In this document: piece after piece, positions 1 through 12,410 of the stretch
Position numbering within the stretch: the first letter of the stretch is position 1
Layout: each line of letters opens with the position of its first letter
Assembly: GCA_963514005.1 (NCBI GenBank)
Contig: OY740782.1
Span: 67,828,001 to 67,892,000 of the forward strand
Reading direction: 5' to 3'
From: Raja brachyura
Lineage: Eukaryota
Length of the DNA: 64,000 nt
Position numbers and translations under genes: made by a program
The notes under the pieces: model-generated
Seen by the model: only the letters and a program-made list of their open reading frames with translations
Told to the model about the DNA's origin: nothing
Databases searched by the model: none

Positions 1-44
1 GTTACAAAAGTTAACCGAGCCGCCCTATCTTCTTGTGTTCTTTT

Positions 45-1090
45 TCCCAGGATCCACTTCCACAAATTGCCAGATCCTTCCGAATGCTGCAGACATTCTT
101 ACATCACTTTATTAAATTTTGTAACTTTTACATGAATGCATGGATTGTATCTTGGATATTTCAAAAATTTCCTCCTGAGCTTTCCTCCAACTGTCCCTCT
201 AACCTTGATAGAACATCCTCTACATCTTGTTCTTCAATCCATTCATTTATCTGTTGTAAACTCACTGACTCCCACAGTTATTTGGACGACATCTCCTCCC
301 ACCCTACCTCAAAAACACCTTGCTCTACTTTGATTTAGTCTGTCTGTACCGCATCTACTCCCAAGATGAGACTTTCCATTCCTGGACATCCGAGATGTCC
401 TCTCTCTTAAGAAAAGTTGGTTTTCACCCCAGCTGTTGAACATGGATCCTCACCCGCATGTCCCGCGGTTCTGTTCTCTCTCCCCTTTCCCCCTAAACAG
501 AACAAGGATAGATCTTCCCTATCCTTACCTTTCATTTCACCAGCCTTCTCATAATTCTCATTATTCTGGAGTAACTCAGTGGGACAGGTAGCATTTCTGG
601 AGAGCAAGAATGAGTGACCCAAAACGTCACCCATTCCTTCTCTCCAGAGATGCTACCTGACCCACTGAGTTACTCCAGCATTTTGTGTCTACCTTCAGTT
701 TAAACCAGCATCTGCAGTTCTTTCCTACACATTCCCACTATTTTCATCATTCTCTGTCATTTCCGCTACCTTCAACTTGATACCAATGTAACTCTCATCT
801 TCCCATCCCCACCACTTTCTGCACTGACTACCCCCACCACAACTCCATGGTTCATTCATCCCTTCCCATCCAAACCATCACCCATTCCCCAGAAACTTTC
901 CCCTGCAACATCAAGAGATCCAACATTTATCCCTATACCTCTTCCCTCGCATCCATCCAGGAATGACAAAAGTCCTTCCTTGTGAGGCAGATTCACGTAC
1001 ATCCTCTAACCTCATCTACTTACTACATTTGGTGCTCTCAATGTGGCCAAACATGAACACTTGCACTTGGCCTGCCAAGACTTGCTAGAT
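45..1090 (+). mobile_element. Degenerate Penelope-like element fragment with an inverted pLTR hairpin (566-678)
   Basis: KLTDSHSYLD..SSHP RT C-terminal motif, GIY-YIG-region remnants and pLTR sequence shared with other copies in the window. Confidence 0.75.
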
Positions 1091-1459
1091 GTCCCAACTA
1101 CTAACCACCTTATTGCTCGTGCCTTTTCTTCTCTTCCTCTCTTCATTCTGATGCAAGGTTTTCTTCATTATTTTGCACAAAACTGAATATTATACACTTG
1201 ATTTTTAATTATTAAAATGTCCATTAAACTTTGAGAGATCAATGTCCTGTTGAATTTGCATATTGTTTCAAATGTTACATCACACTGGTTTTGGAATGTG
1301 GTACGAATGTGCCTTATAATTGTCTTTTTGGTGAAGCGACTTAAGTAAATTTCACCTCACCGCCTCATTCTGAGGGTTGTGAATCATTGAAATTAGTTGC
1401 CTCTGATGTTGGTAGAGATACATTTAAGCCAGAGATGGATAACTGAGAGAATTAGGTTT

Positions 1460-1949
1460 ATCCTAATGGATAAATACAAACTTTTTGAACAAATATGGTC
1501 TCCATTCACTGATTATATGAAGGGGTAGCTGGGCTCAGCATTGTAATACCCGGTGGTGAGATCAGATGAAAAGGTTTAATCTGAGATTTGTATACTCGTC
1601 TCTATTTATTTGTTATTAGAAATTGTTCCATTCATTGTTAAGGTGTATACTTTTTTTTATTTTTAAGTATAATAATTGTTTGTCAGTAATATGGGTTTTT
1701 TTAAATTTATTTATTTATTTATTTTTTCTTCTCACATATAACCAAATTTATAATCAATATTAGTTAATCACACTTTTTAAATTAAACATCTATTATCTCT
1801 TTACTCTTTTTTCACTATCAAAAAAAAAGGCTTATATATATTGCTTTGTAATATTCATATAACTTTGGAAATATGTAATATGTATATCTGAAAAAACTGT
1901 TATTATTTGTAATACATATGGCTTCTAATAAAAATATATTAAAAAAAAA
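1460..1949 (+). mobile_element. L1/Tx1-like LINE 3' end
   Basis: FEQIWSPFTDYMKG-stop (WxPF ORF2 terminus), T-rich 3' UTR, AATAAA at 1927 and an A-tail. Confidence 0.55.
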
Positions 1950-1959
1950 GGATATTTCC

Positions 1960-3314
1960 TCTTAAGCTGTCTGCCGGTCATCACTGGTCTCATCAGGCCC
2001 ATTGTTTTGGCTTCTTCATTCAAATCCTTGACCTATTTAGCAAGGTCTGCACCAAACAGTAAGTTGGGTGGCTGGATATTTGATGGTTTGCAAAGCGCGG
2101 CGAACCTTGGATTGATGGTGGGCCTAATAGCCCTTTTCTTGATACAGTTAATCTCGAAATGGGTGCTACATAGCAACCCCAGAGCCTCTTGATGTGTTCT
2201 AGTCACATACCCTTCATCCATTGTCCTTGCGAATGCCATAATACCAGAGCCCAATAACTTTAGGACCCTCTGCATCTTGATTTCTTGGTTTCGCTTGCTG
2301 GGTCCGATCTGACCCCATATGACCTGATTCACAGTTGGTACTTTCAACAACTCACAGTTTTTAGGAGGCTCATGCTTTTTGGCTGTCTCATCCATAGTGA
2401 GCTTTTGGATCTGATGAGAAACCATATAATTTATTGTAGCGGCCAGCTCTTCACCTAGCGGCTCTCCTGCTCCTGATGGGACAGCAAATGGTGCTGCCAG
2501 GGGTGGAATATCTGGAAAATCCATTGTTTCTCCTAGCTGGACCTCTCCATCAGATTCGGGGTCAGGACTAATCTGACCCATTGCACTCCCCTCATATGTG
2601 AAGGGGTTATCTAGCAGCCCTGTTGCTGCTGGCGCCTCTGACTCTGAGTGGCGCTGACACTCCTTCTCCTGGGGTGTAGTTTGCTGGAGTACAGTGTGCA
2701 ACAGTTCCTCCACTTGGGATAGGAGTGAACCCACTCTATCCAGCCCCGGTGAGGAATCATTCCCCGACTCCGTGGGCCTAGCAGACTTTTCAGATGCCTT
2801 ACGCCCTACTGGCGCTGGCTCTGTGCTGTGTAGCACTAAGTCTTGTGGCTAAAGGGATCAGGGGGTATGGAGAGAAGGCAGGTATGGGATACTGAGTTGG
2901 ATGATCAGCCATGATCACATTGAATGGCGGTGCAGGCTCGAAGGCCGAATGGCCTACTCCTGCACCTATTTTTCTATGTTTCTGTGTTTCTAAGTCTGCA
3001 GTCGCTAAATCTGTAGCTGGCGACTGTACAGGGGTATGCGGCAGCGGTTCCAAACCCATACTTCCACGGCTGGCTGCGACTCGCCGCTTCCCTTTCCCTG
3101 TTTTGTCCATTGCTAGCGATCGGTAGATAAGCATACTGCAAGCACAAACTTACACTCCAGGGAAAGTTTTTCACTTACCTGGAGTCTTAATACTTACCGC
3201 TGGAGGAGCTCTGTTCCTCACAGCCCCTGTGCATCAATGCGGCTGACGTACTGACGCGCATGCAGCCTGAACAGGGTTCTTCACGGAATCACTCACGCGA
3301 CTCCGAAGTAAAAT
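1960..3314 (-). mobile_element. DIRS1-like retrotransposon copy 1 (5' terminus plus gag/ORF1 only)
   Basis: Terminus ttttacttcggagtcgcgtgagtga is shared with the other two copies. Gag-like ORF 2033-2836 (PKNCELLKVPTVNQVIW). Confidence 0.85.
2844..2989 (+). mobile_element. CR1 3' fragment inserted into DIRS gag
   Basis: CR1 3' UTR with TTCTATGT-type tail, flanked by the 8-bp duplication CTAAGTCT (2836-2843 and 2990-2997). Confidence 0.85.
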
Positions 3315-3918
3315 TAACTATTTCATTAATGTCCTGTCCTATTCCAAAAATATGTTTGCAGAAACGCTCCCAATCATCTTTTTACATGTGTACAGTTTAG
3401 TGTTTGTCTCTTATTCACTTTTGTGTTAAATTTCATCTGTCATGAGTCTATTTATTTTATCAACCTGTGTGTTCTATTTCCATCCACTTAAACATTTACT
3501 ATAGTTCCTAGTTCTGAGCCCTCTGAAACTGATTGTGCTGTGCAGACCTAGTTATTAATATGTAATGGAAACAGTATAGTTGTGAAACTTGACCCTGGGG
3601 CCTGTTACTGTAAATCTCAGTCAAAAGTATAATATTTACTGCAGCTTGTATCCTTTTTGCTGTTAGCAGAGTTGAAACTCATGGGATAACATATTGGGCA
3701 TCACTCTGCTAAATTCCTTTTGAAAGTTAATTTGCCTGATATATGGGTAAGTGCAGGTACCTGTGGCTAGGCTTTGGTACTTCAAGAAACTCAACGAATT
3801 TGCTCATAAATTTGCTGCATATCTTTAATTAATCCATATTCACCAAAGGCTTTTATTTTCTCTTCAGTTGTTTCTTTAAAAAAAATTCCCACAACCAATG
3901 GCAATGGGTTGGATTACA

Positions 3919-4872
3919 AGCCTCATTCTTCAGGGAACGGTGGTTCCCCTCCCCTACTGTAGATGAGGCTCTCACCAGGGTCTCTTCAATACCCCGTAAC
4001 ACTGCTCTATCTCCCCATCCCCCCCACTCATAACAAGGACAGAGCCCCCCTAGTCCTCACCTTCCACCCCACTAGCCGTCACATATAACAAATAGTCCTC
4101 CGTCATTTTCGCCACCTCCAACGTGACCCCACCACTCGCCACATCTTCCCATCTTCCCCCCTGTCTGCTTTCTGCAAAGACCGCTCCCTCCGTAACTCCC
4201 TGGTCAATTATTTTGTTCCCACCCGCACCACCCCTTCCCTGGGCACTTTCCCTTGCAACCGCAAGAGATTTTACACTTGTTGCTTTATCTCCCCCCTCGA
4301 CTCCATTCAAGGAACCAAGCAGTCGTTCCAGGTCCGCCAGAGGTTCACCTGCACGTCCTCCAACCTCATCTATTGCATCCGCTGCTCTAGATGTCAGCTG
4401 ATCTACATCGGTGAGACCAAGCGTAGGCTTGGCGATCGTTTCGCTGAACACCTCCATTAACAAACCTGATTTCGCTGTGGCTCAGCACTTCAACTCCCCC
4501 TCCCATTCCGAATCCGACCTTTCTGTCCTGGGCCTCCTCCATGGCCAGAGTGTGCACCACCGGAAATTGGAGGAGCAGCACCTCATATTCTGCTTGGGCA
4601 GTCCGCACCCTAGCGGCATGAACATTGACGTCTCCAATTTCTGGTAGCCCTTGCTGACTCTTCCCCTTCTCAGCTCTCCCTCAGCCCTCTGGCTCCTCCT
4701 CTTACTTTCTCCTTTCTCCTTCCCCTCCCCCCCCCCCACCCTACATCAGTCTGAAGAAGGGTCTCGACCCGAAACGTTGCCTATTTCCTTCACACCATAG
4801 ATGCTGCCGCACCCGTTCAGTTTCTACCTTCGATTTTCCAGCATCTGCAGTTCCTAGTTCCTTCTTCAACAA
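3919..4872 (+). mobile_element. Penelope-like element 3' part (GIY-YIG endonuclease plus pLTR)
   Basis: FTCTSSNLIYCIRCSRCQLIYIGETKRRLGDRFAEH and RKLEEQHLIFCLG...GMNID motifs, followed by a pLTR. Confidence 0.9.
4748..4781 (+). ncRNA. Minimal type I hammerhead ribozyme motif in a Penelope pLTR
   Basis: CTGAAGA-A-GGGTC-TC-GACCC-GAAA-CGTT: conserved core, 5-bp stem II and palindromic stem III. Confidence 0.7.
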
Positions 4873-4949
4873 CTAAGTGGAATTCATTTCTTCCTTTATT
4901 TTATGGGATGAAATGTATCAATCTACCAGTCTTCTGTATTGCTTATTTA

Positions 4950-6892
4950 CAGTGCTCTCCGTAATGTTTGGGACAAATCCATCATTTATTTATTTGCCTC
5001 TGTACTCCACAATTTGAGATTTGTAATGAAAGAAAATTGCATGTGGTTAAAGTGCACGTTGTCAGATTTGTATTAAAGACCATTTTTATACATTTTGGTT
5101 TCACCATGTAGAAATGACAGTAGTGTTTATACATATTCCCCTCATTTCAAGGCACCATAATGTTTGGGACACATGGCTTCACAGGCATTTGTAATTGCTC
5201 AGGTGTGTTTAATTGCCTCCTTAGTGCAGGTATGAGAGAACTCTCAGCGCCTAGTTTTTCCTCCAGTCTTTCCATCACCTTTGGAAACTTTTATTGCTGT
5301 TTATGAACATGAGGACCAAAGTTGTGCCAATGAAAGTCAAAGAAACCATTATGAGACTGCAGAACAAGAATAAAACTGTTAGAGACATCAGCCAAACCCG
5401 AGGCTTACCAAAATCAACTGTTTGGAACATCATTAAGAAGAAAGACAGAACTGATGAGCTTACTAATAGCAAAGGTAACCATATAACCATATAACAATTA
5501 CAGCACGGAAACAGGCCATCTCGGCCCTTCAAGTCCGTGCCGAACAACTTTTTTCTCTTAGTCCCACCTGCCTGCACTCATACCATAACCCTCCATACCC
5601 TTCTCATCCATATGCCTATCCAATTTATTTTTAAATGATACCAATGAACCTGCCGCCACCACTTCCACTGGAAGCTCATTCCACACCGCTACCACTCTCT
5701 GAGTAAAGAAGTTCCCCCTCATGTTACCCCTAAACCTCTGTCCCTTAATTCTAAAGTCATGTCCTCGTGTTTGAAACACGAGGTACTGGCAGGCCAAGGA
5801 AGACCTCCACAGCTCATGACAGAGGAAATCTCTCTATAATAAAGAAAAATCCCCAAACACCTGTCCGACAGATCAGAACCACTCTTCAGGAGTCAGGTGT
5901 GGATTTGTCCGGAGAAGACTTCATGAACAGAAATACAGAGGCTACACTGCAAGATGCAAACCACTGGTTAGCTGCAAAAATAGGATGGCCAGATTACAGT
6001 TTGCCAAGAAGTACATATAAGAGCAACCACAGTTCTAGAAAATGGACTTGTGGACACATGACACAAAGATTCTTATATCAGAGTGAAGGCAAGAGCAAAG
6101 TATGGAGGAGAGAAGGAACTGCCCAAAATCTAAAGCATACCACCTCATCTGTGAAACACTGTGGTGGGGGAGTTATGGCCTGGGTATGTATGGCTGCTGA
6201 AGGTGCTGGCTCACTTATCTTCATCGATGATACAACTGCTGATGGTAGTAGCATAATGAATTTTGAAGTGTATAGATGCATCCTATCTGCTCAAGTTCAA
6301 ACAAATGCCTCAAAACTCATTGGCCGGTGGTTCATTCTACAGCAAGACAATGATCCCAAACATACTGCTAAAGCAACAAAGAGGTTTTCAAAGCTAAAAA
6401 ATGGTAAATTCTTAAGTGGCCAAGTCAATCACCCGATTTGAACCCAATTGAGCATGCCTTTTACATGCTGAAGAGAAACTGAAGGGGACCAGCCCCCAAA
6501 GCAAGCATAAGCTAAAGATGGCTGCAATACAAGCCTGGCAGAGCATCACCAGAGAAGACACCCAGCGACTGGTGATGTCCATGAATCGCAGACTTCAAAC
6601 AGTCATTGCATGCAAAGGATATGCAACAAAATACTAAACATGACTACTTTCATTTACATGACATTGCTGTGTCCCAAACTTTATGGTGCCCTGAAATGGG
6701 GAATCTATGTATAAACACTGCTGTAATTTCTACATGGTAAAACCAAAATGTATAAAAATGGCCTTTATTAACATCTGACAATGTGCACTTTAACCACATC
6801 TGATTTTTTTCTATTACAAATCTCAAATTGTGGAGTACAGAGGCAAATAAATAAATGATGGGTCTTTGTCCCAAACAATATGGAGGGCACTG
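4950..6892 (+). mobile_element. Tc1-like DNA transposon (IR/DR type) with defective transposase
   Basis: TA then CAGTGCTCTCC...GGAGGGCACTG inverted repeats of about 200 bp with an internal direct repeat. Transposase pieces GRPRKT, VKHCGGGVMAW, QQDNDPKH, and SPDLNPIE after a frameshift. Confidence 0.93.
5478..5780 (-). mobile_element. CR1 3' fragment nested in Tc1
   Basis: TRGHDFRIKG...FFTQRVVAVWNELP, octamer-repeat tail, AGGTA duplicated at both sides. Confidence 0.88.
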
Positions 6893-7259
6893 TGACCTAA
6901 TTCTCCCTGGATTATCAAACTGAAATCTACCTTGTATTTTTCTGCAAAATCCTTTCGAATGTCTTTAAGACCTTATTTCAATAAAAACTAAAAATACTTA
7001 GCTGCTGACAATATGGGGGGGGGGGACAGAAAATACTGGAAATCCTCAGGAAGGTCAGGAAGTGTCAGATTACTTTGACTTGTAACAACTTCTGCTTTGA
7101 CAAAAAGGAAACTTTTCTGTGAACTGATCAGGTTAAATTCTTCAAGATGTAGCAGGCCTGCTTTATTTTAAAATTACCAATTCTTCTGAAGCATCTAGCA
7201 AGAAAAAACATCAAATGTAACATTAATGGCCTCTGATAATAGTTGGCATCTGTCCAACT

Positions 7260-7520
7260 GCAAGAGATGATGGTGCGGCTTTGCTATTGTCCAGTTTGCA
7301 GAGGGAACGTTTCATCCATGGCTGCATTTCCTGCTGTGGCTGACTAGGCCTATCCTTGACAGGCAAATCCTCATACAAATTATGTGTCTCTGGCCATTGG
7401 ATAGGGGAGTGTGTTGATCTTGCTGTTGATCATTTGGTGGCGTTGGCGTCTGACCACCAGAGTACTGGGCCATATGCTGTAGTGGTGTTTTACACCCGCC
7501 TGAAGGTCCTTTCTCCACTT
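7260..7520 (-). mobile_element. RTE-clade LINE 3' fragment
   Basis: ICMRICLSRIGLVSHSRKC is typical of the RTE ORF2 C-terminal zinc finger. Confidence 0.6.
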
Positions 7521-8070
7521 CCTCTGGGCCTCAGCAGCCACTTCACAGTCATCAGTGCCAATGTTAAAGTTAGTTGTATCTCTTTAAGTCATATCCTTGT
7601 AGCAAGGCTTTGTTCTTCTTCTTTGGCAGCCTCCCAGTATAGCACATTTGGGGATGTGTACATGTCCAAGCCAGCGGAAATGCTCGTGCTTGAAGATCGC
7701 AGCAATGCCAGGCATGTTGATCAGGGAGGATAGATTCATTAGTGATTTTGTCCTGCTATGAAACTCCCGGAAGACAACGGAAATTAAAATTATTTTGTTT
7801 CCATTCTTGATGTTCTAAGTCATCCAAGATTCACTACTGTACCGTGATATGCTCATGAAGCTTTTTAGAGTTTTATAGAGAGTTTATAGAGACTTATCTT
7901 GGTCTTGGTTGCTGCCTTTCCAATATGCAAGTTGATTTCCTCATCCAGAGAGAGGCTATCATTCACCAAAAATGTTAAATCAATTGTGTACCTAATGTAA
8001 TAAACAGTTTTGCGCTTTGTAACAGCAATTATATTTCTGAATTGTCATCCTTTTGCAACAGTGCTAATAA

Positions 8071-8280
<210 letters not shown>

Positions 8281-8494
8281 TAGTCTCAATACAGTTTTTG
8301 CAAAAGGCTTCAAGGGGTTCAATTTAACTATCAAATGAAAAATAGATGGTATCGAAATTTAGTTAAAACCAATGGTGTTGTGATTATTCTCAGAATGCTC
8401 TACCACTGAAATGCCAGTCACCTGGCCAGGTTAATTTCCCAATATAAGGTCCACTATGGACCAACTTTGAGTTGAACTATCCACATTTTGTTTC

Positions 8495-9040
8495 AATAGA
8501 CAATAGGTGCAGGAGTAGGCCATTCGGCCCTTCAAGCCGCACCACCATTCAATGTGATCATGGCTGATCATCCCCAATCAGTACCCCATTCCTGCCTTCT
8601 CCCCATATCCCCTGACTCCATTATTTTTAAGAGTCCTATCCAGCTCTCTTTTGAAATAATCTAGAGAACCTGCCTCCACCGCCCTCCGAGGCAGAGGATT
8701 CCACACTCACAACTCTCTGTGAGAAAAAGTGTTTCCTCGTCTCCGTTCTAAATGGCTTACTCCTTATTCTTAAACTGTGGCCCCTGGTTCTGGACTCCCC
8801 CAATACCGGGAACATGTTTCCTGCCTCTAGTGTGTCCAAGCCCTTAACAATCTTATATGTTTCAATGAGATTCCCTCTCATCCTTCTAAACTCCAGATTG
8901 TACAAGCTCAACTGCTCCATTCTCTCAGCATATGACAGTCCTGCCATCCCGGGAATTAACCTTGTAAACCTACGCTGCACTCCCTCAATAGAATGTCCTT
9001 CCTCAAATTAGGGGACCAAAACTGCACACAATACTCCAGG
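8495..9040 (-). mobile_element. CR1 LINE 3' fragment
   Basis: QRRFTRLIPGMAGLSYAER...SRTRGHSLRI followed by the CR1 3' UTR. Confidence 0.92.
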
Positions 9041-9092
9041 GATACTCAGGAATCTCTCTTGGATACACCTAGCAAATTTTGCACCTTGGAAG

Positions 9093-9761
9093 CAATGTTC
9101 CCTCTAATTTTCAGTAGTTCGTGTGCGCAGAAATCTTGTATTGGGCAATTTTTTAATGTTGTTACAAACGTGTCTGCGTATTGAATTCTTGTGCAAATAT
9201 AAACCTGAAATTGTTTCATGATATTTTTGCCATAGCCTCTCATGGCTAATAAAAATGTATTGCCATTTTTAATATAATACAAATATCATATTTGTAGAAA
9301 TATGAATGCAATTTATGGTTATGTATTCAGTTAAGATTTTTTTCCTATACTTGTGAAGCTTGAACTATTTTGTTCAGTTTGTTGTTCCATTAAATAAACA
9401 AGAGTCTGTATATCATGAGTATATCTACGACATACAGACTCCTGAATGCTTTCATTTTTCAAATGAAACAGTTGTTTATTTTAACACTGTAACAAGTCCT
9501 CCCCTCCCACCACTCTCCTGCCCCCCCTCTCCTCCACCTCTCCCCCCCTCCCCGCCACCTCTCCCATCTCTCCTCCTCCTTCTCTCCGAGTCGGGTCGCG
9601 GATTTTGAAATTCGGGGGGAAATTGATCTCCGCTGTAAAATTTCTCCGTTATCATTTATAGCAGAGATTTTTTTTCTCCCGAATTTCAAAATCCGTGGAA
9701 TCCTTTTGTGTGCATATAAATTTTCTTCGTGCGCTGGTTGCAACACTTAGAGAGAACATTG
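9093..9761. mobile_element. Non-autonomous hAT-like element
   Basis: TIRs CAATGTTCCCTCTAA / TTAGAGAGAACATTG; 8-bp TSD CTTGGAAG / CTTGTAAG. Confidence 0.8.
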
Positions 9762-10154
9762 CTTGTAAGCCTTTTGTACTAAGGAAGTCTTGGTCAATGT
9801 CCAGGAAATTAGCCATGCATGAAGATAACTGTTGCTTTTATATTTTGGCTCTTAGGAGGCCTATAGTATAATCCCACCAGATTGACCAATACTATAACTC
9901 AGAAATAAGAGCTCTACCCATTTTGCCTCGGCCGATGAGCCCTCTGAATGCAGCTGTGACATTCTCACTAATTAGTAAGGCAACTGCTGTACCTCTTACT
10001 TCTCTCTCAATCACAACTGAAACATAGAAACCCTTGACTATTAAGCCACCAGTTATATCTCTCTCACCACCTGGCCCCATAATTGCCACAGCATCATAGT
10101 TCATTCATTGATTCAAGCTCTATCATCATCCGCATTGCCCATATCTACGTATTG

Positions 10155-12410
10155 TAATAAACACAAGATCGACACAAAACGCTGGAGTAACAGCGGCTCA
10201 GACAGGATTCTCTGGAGAAAAGGAATAGGTGATTTTGGATCGAGACCTTTCTTCAGACTAAGAGTTAGGGGAAAGCGAAGTGTTATAGAGAGATATTCGA
10301 AACAAATGAATGAAAGATATACAAAAAAGTAACGATGATAAAGGAAACCGGCCATTGTTAGCTGTGGCCCAGGTGAGAATGGGTACAGATAATGAGGCTC
10401 AACAAGACTGCTTTGAAACTGTTATGACGAGGGTGGGGGAGGGATGGATTGAGAGGGAAAGCAAGGGTTACTTGAAGTTAGAGAAATCAATATTCATGCC
10501 ACTGGGTTGTAAGCCGCCCAAGCGAAATATGAGAGATATGAGAAATATGAGAAAGCCGTTCATCCAATTCGCATTTGGCCTCACTCTGACAATGGAGGAG
10601 GCCTCAGGCAGAAAGGTCAGTGTGGGAATGGGTAGGGGAATTAAAGTGTGTGGCAACCAGGAGATCAGGGAGGTTAAGGTGGACTGAGAGAAGGTGTTCA
10701 GCGAAACGATTGCCCAGCCTGCATTTGGTCTTGCCAATGTCCACACCTTGAACAATGGATACTGTAGATGAGGTTGGAGGAGGTGCAAGTGAACCTTTGA
10801 CCAAGGACCACAACAGTCCTTTTGGGTTAAGCAGAGTCAAGGGAGGATGTATAGGGACAGGTGTTGCATCTCCTGGAACAGGGTTTTGTTCAATGTATCC
10901 TACAAGGAGGCAGGCAGAGCTGGGGCCCGTGCTAGTGCCCATAGCTGTACCTTTGATTTGGAGGAAGTTTGAATCGTCGAAGGAGAAGTTGTTAAGAGAA
11001 CCAGCTCCGCTTGGCGGAGGAGTGTCACTAGAAGGAAATTGACTGGTTCTGCCATCAAGGAAGAAATAGAGGGCCTTAGGCCTTCGTTGGGGGATGAAGG
11101 TGTAGAATGACTGAACGTCCACAGTAAAAATGAGGGAGTGGCAGTTCGGAAAATGGAAGCCATTAAGGAGACGAAGAAGCATCTTGGACACAGATTGGGG
11201 GAGATTAGAAAAGGGGGATAGAATGGAGTTAAGGTACATGGAAATGATTTCAGTGGGAGAAGAGTAGGCAGAAGCAATGGTTCTGCCAGGGCAGTTGTGT
11301 TTATGGATTTTGGGGAGAAGGTAAAACTGGGCCGTGCGGGACTGGGAACAATAAGTAGCAATGTTACAAAATTTTGAGATTTTAAAAATCAAGTCTGCAA
11401 TTTATCCCATCAGATAAAGCATAACAAGAAGTTTAATTTGACACCTAATTTACTTTCATATCTTCAGTATTAAGAAAGTTATGGCCATTTTCATGCTCGG
11501 AAATGAGTATCTTGCTTCCCATTGACTTAACTCAAAAGCTGTGATCTGGAAAAATTAAAAGCCCATAACTTTATTAAAAATTAAGAGAACTTAATGAAAT
11601 TTTCAGTCATTATAGATTGAAGCATTCTGAAACAAATATAAAACAATCTTACTTGGATTACCTGAAATTAAAGTATATAATTAGTTAGTAATCTAATTGT
11701 AGCTAATTACAAAATTCAATGAGTAGATCTAAACATCTATCAATTTCTTAAGAAAAGATAAACTTTTTTTTAATTGCCTAAGTGTCCAAATAACATTCAC
11801 ACAATAATCCACAATATAACATAATTTTTAAATCTCATTTTCATGAATTTCTGGGCCAAATGGAAGGAATTTAGTGTTTATGCCTGTAAATTAATGGCCA
11901 TTTAAATCAACTAGCGAGTGGGTTTTAGTGGAATGCGGTGGATTAGAACGTTGCGGTTAGCGGTGAAGACGGGGGGGAAAATACTGGGGGTTCATACATT
12001 TTTTGGGGACCCCATTTCGCAACATAAAAATATTATTAATGCCTCCCAAAAAACCAACTTTTAATAAAAAAATAAAGTATTTACCTTTTTTTCTCCCCTA
12101 CGGAAAATGCTTCCGGTTGTCTGCGGTCACGGCTTTTGAAGGTGATTTTTAAATTACTCTAGTTAATAAATAATTTAGAGTAATTTAAAAATACCTTAAT
12201 GGATGAAATGTGGGAGCGATTTTTCTTCCGCAATTAAATCGCCCGACATTCATCGATTATCCTGGTCTGGTGAAAATCGGCACTTTAAGCCCGCCCCCCT
12301 CTGAAAGGCGCTAAAGTCGCACACACGGGGAGCGGCAGAAGTGCAGCGCCGCTAAAGGTAAGTTTTGTAACATACCTACAATAAGGTTGGAGGATGAGGA
12401 GGGCAGACAG
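10155..12410 (-). mobile_element. Penelope-like element interrupted by a DNA transposon at 11356-12378
   Basis: RTAQFYLLPKIHK, QIKGTAMGT and GMNIDFSNFK motifs. The coding sequence resumes on the far side of the insertion. Confidence 0.88.
11356..12378 (+). mobile_element. Non-autonomous TAG...CTA DNA transposon with 7-bp TSD (hAT/hATw-like), copy A
   Basis: Imperfect TIRs TAGCAATGTTACAAAA / TTTTGTAACATACCTA; exact TSD CAATAAG (11349-11355 and 12379-12385). Confidence 0.88.

Noticed and set aside
1-10. GTTACAAAA resembling the TIR of the 7-bp-TSD family
   Set aside because: Too short, cut by the window edge, and the following sequence does not match the family.
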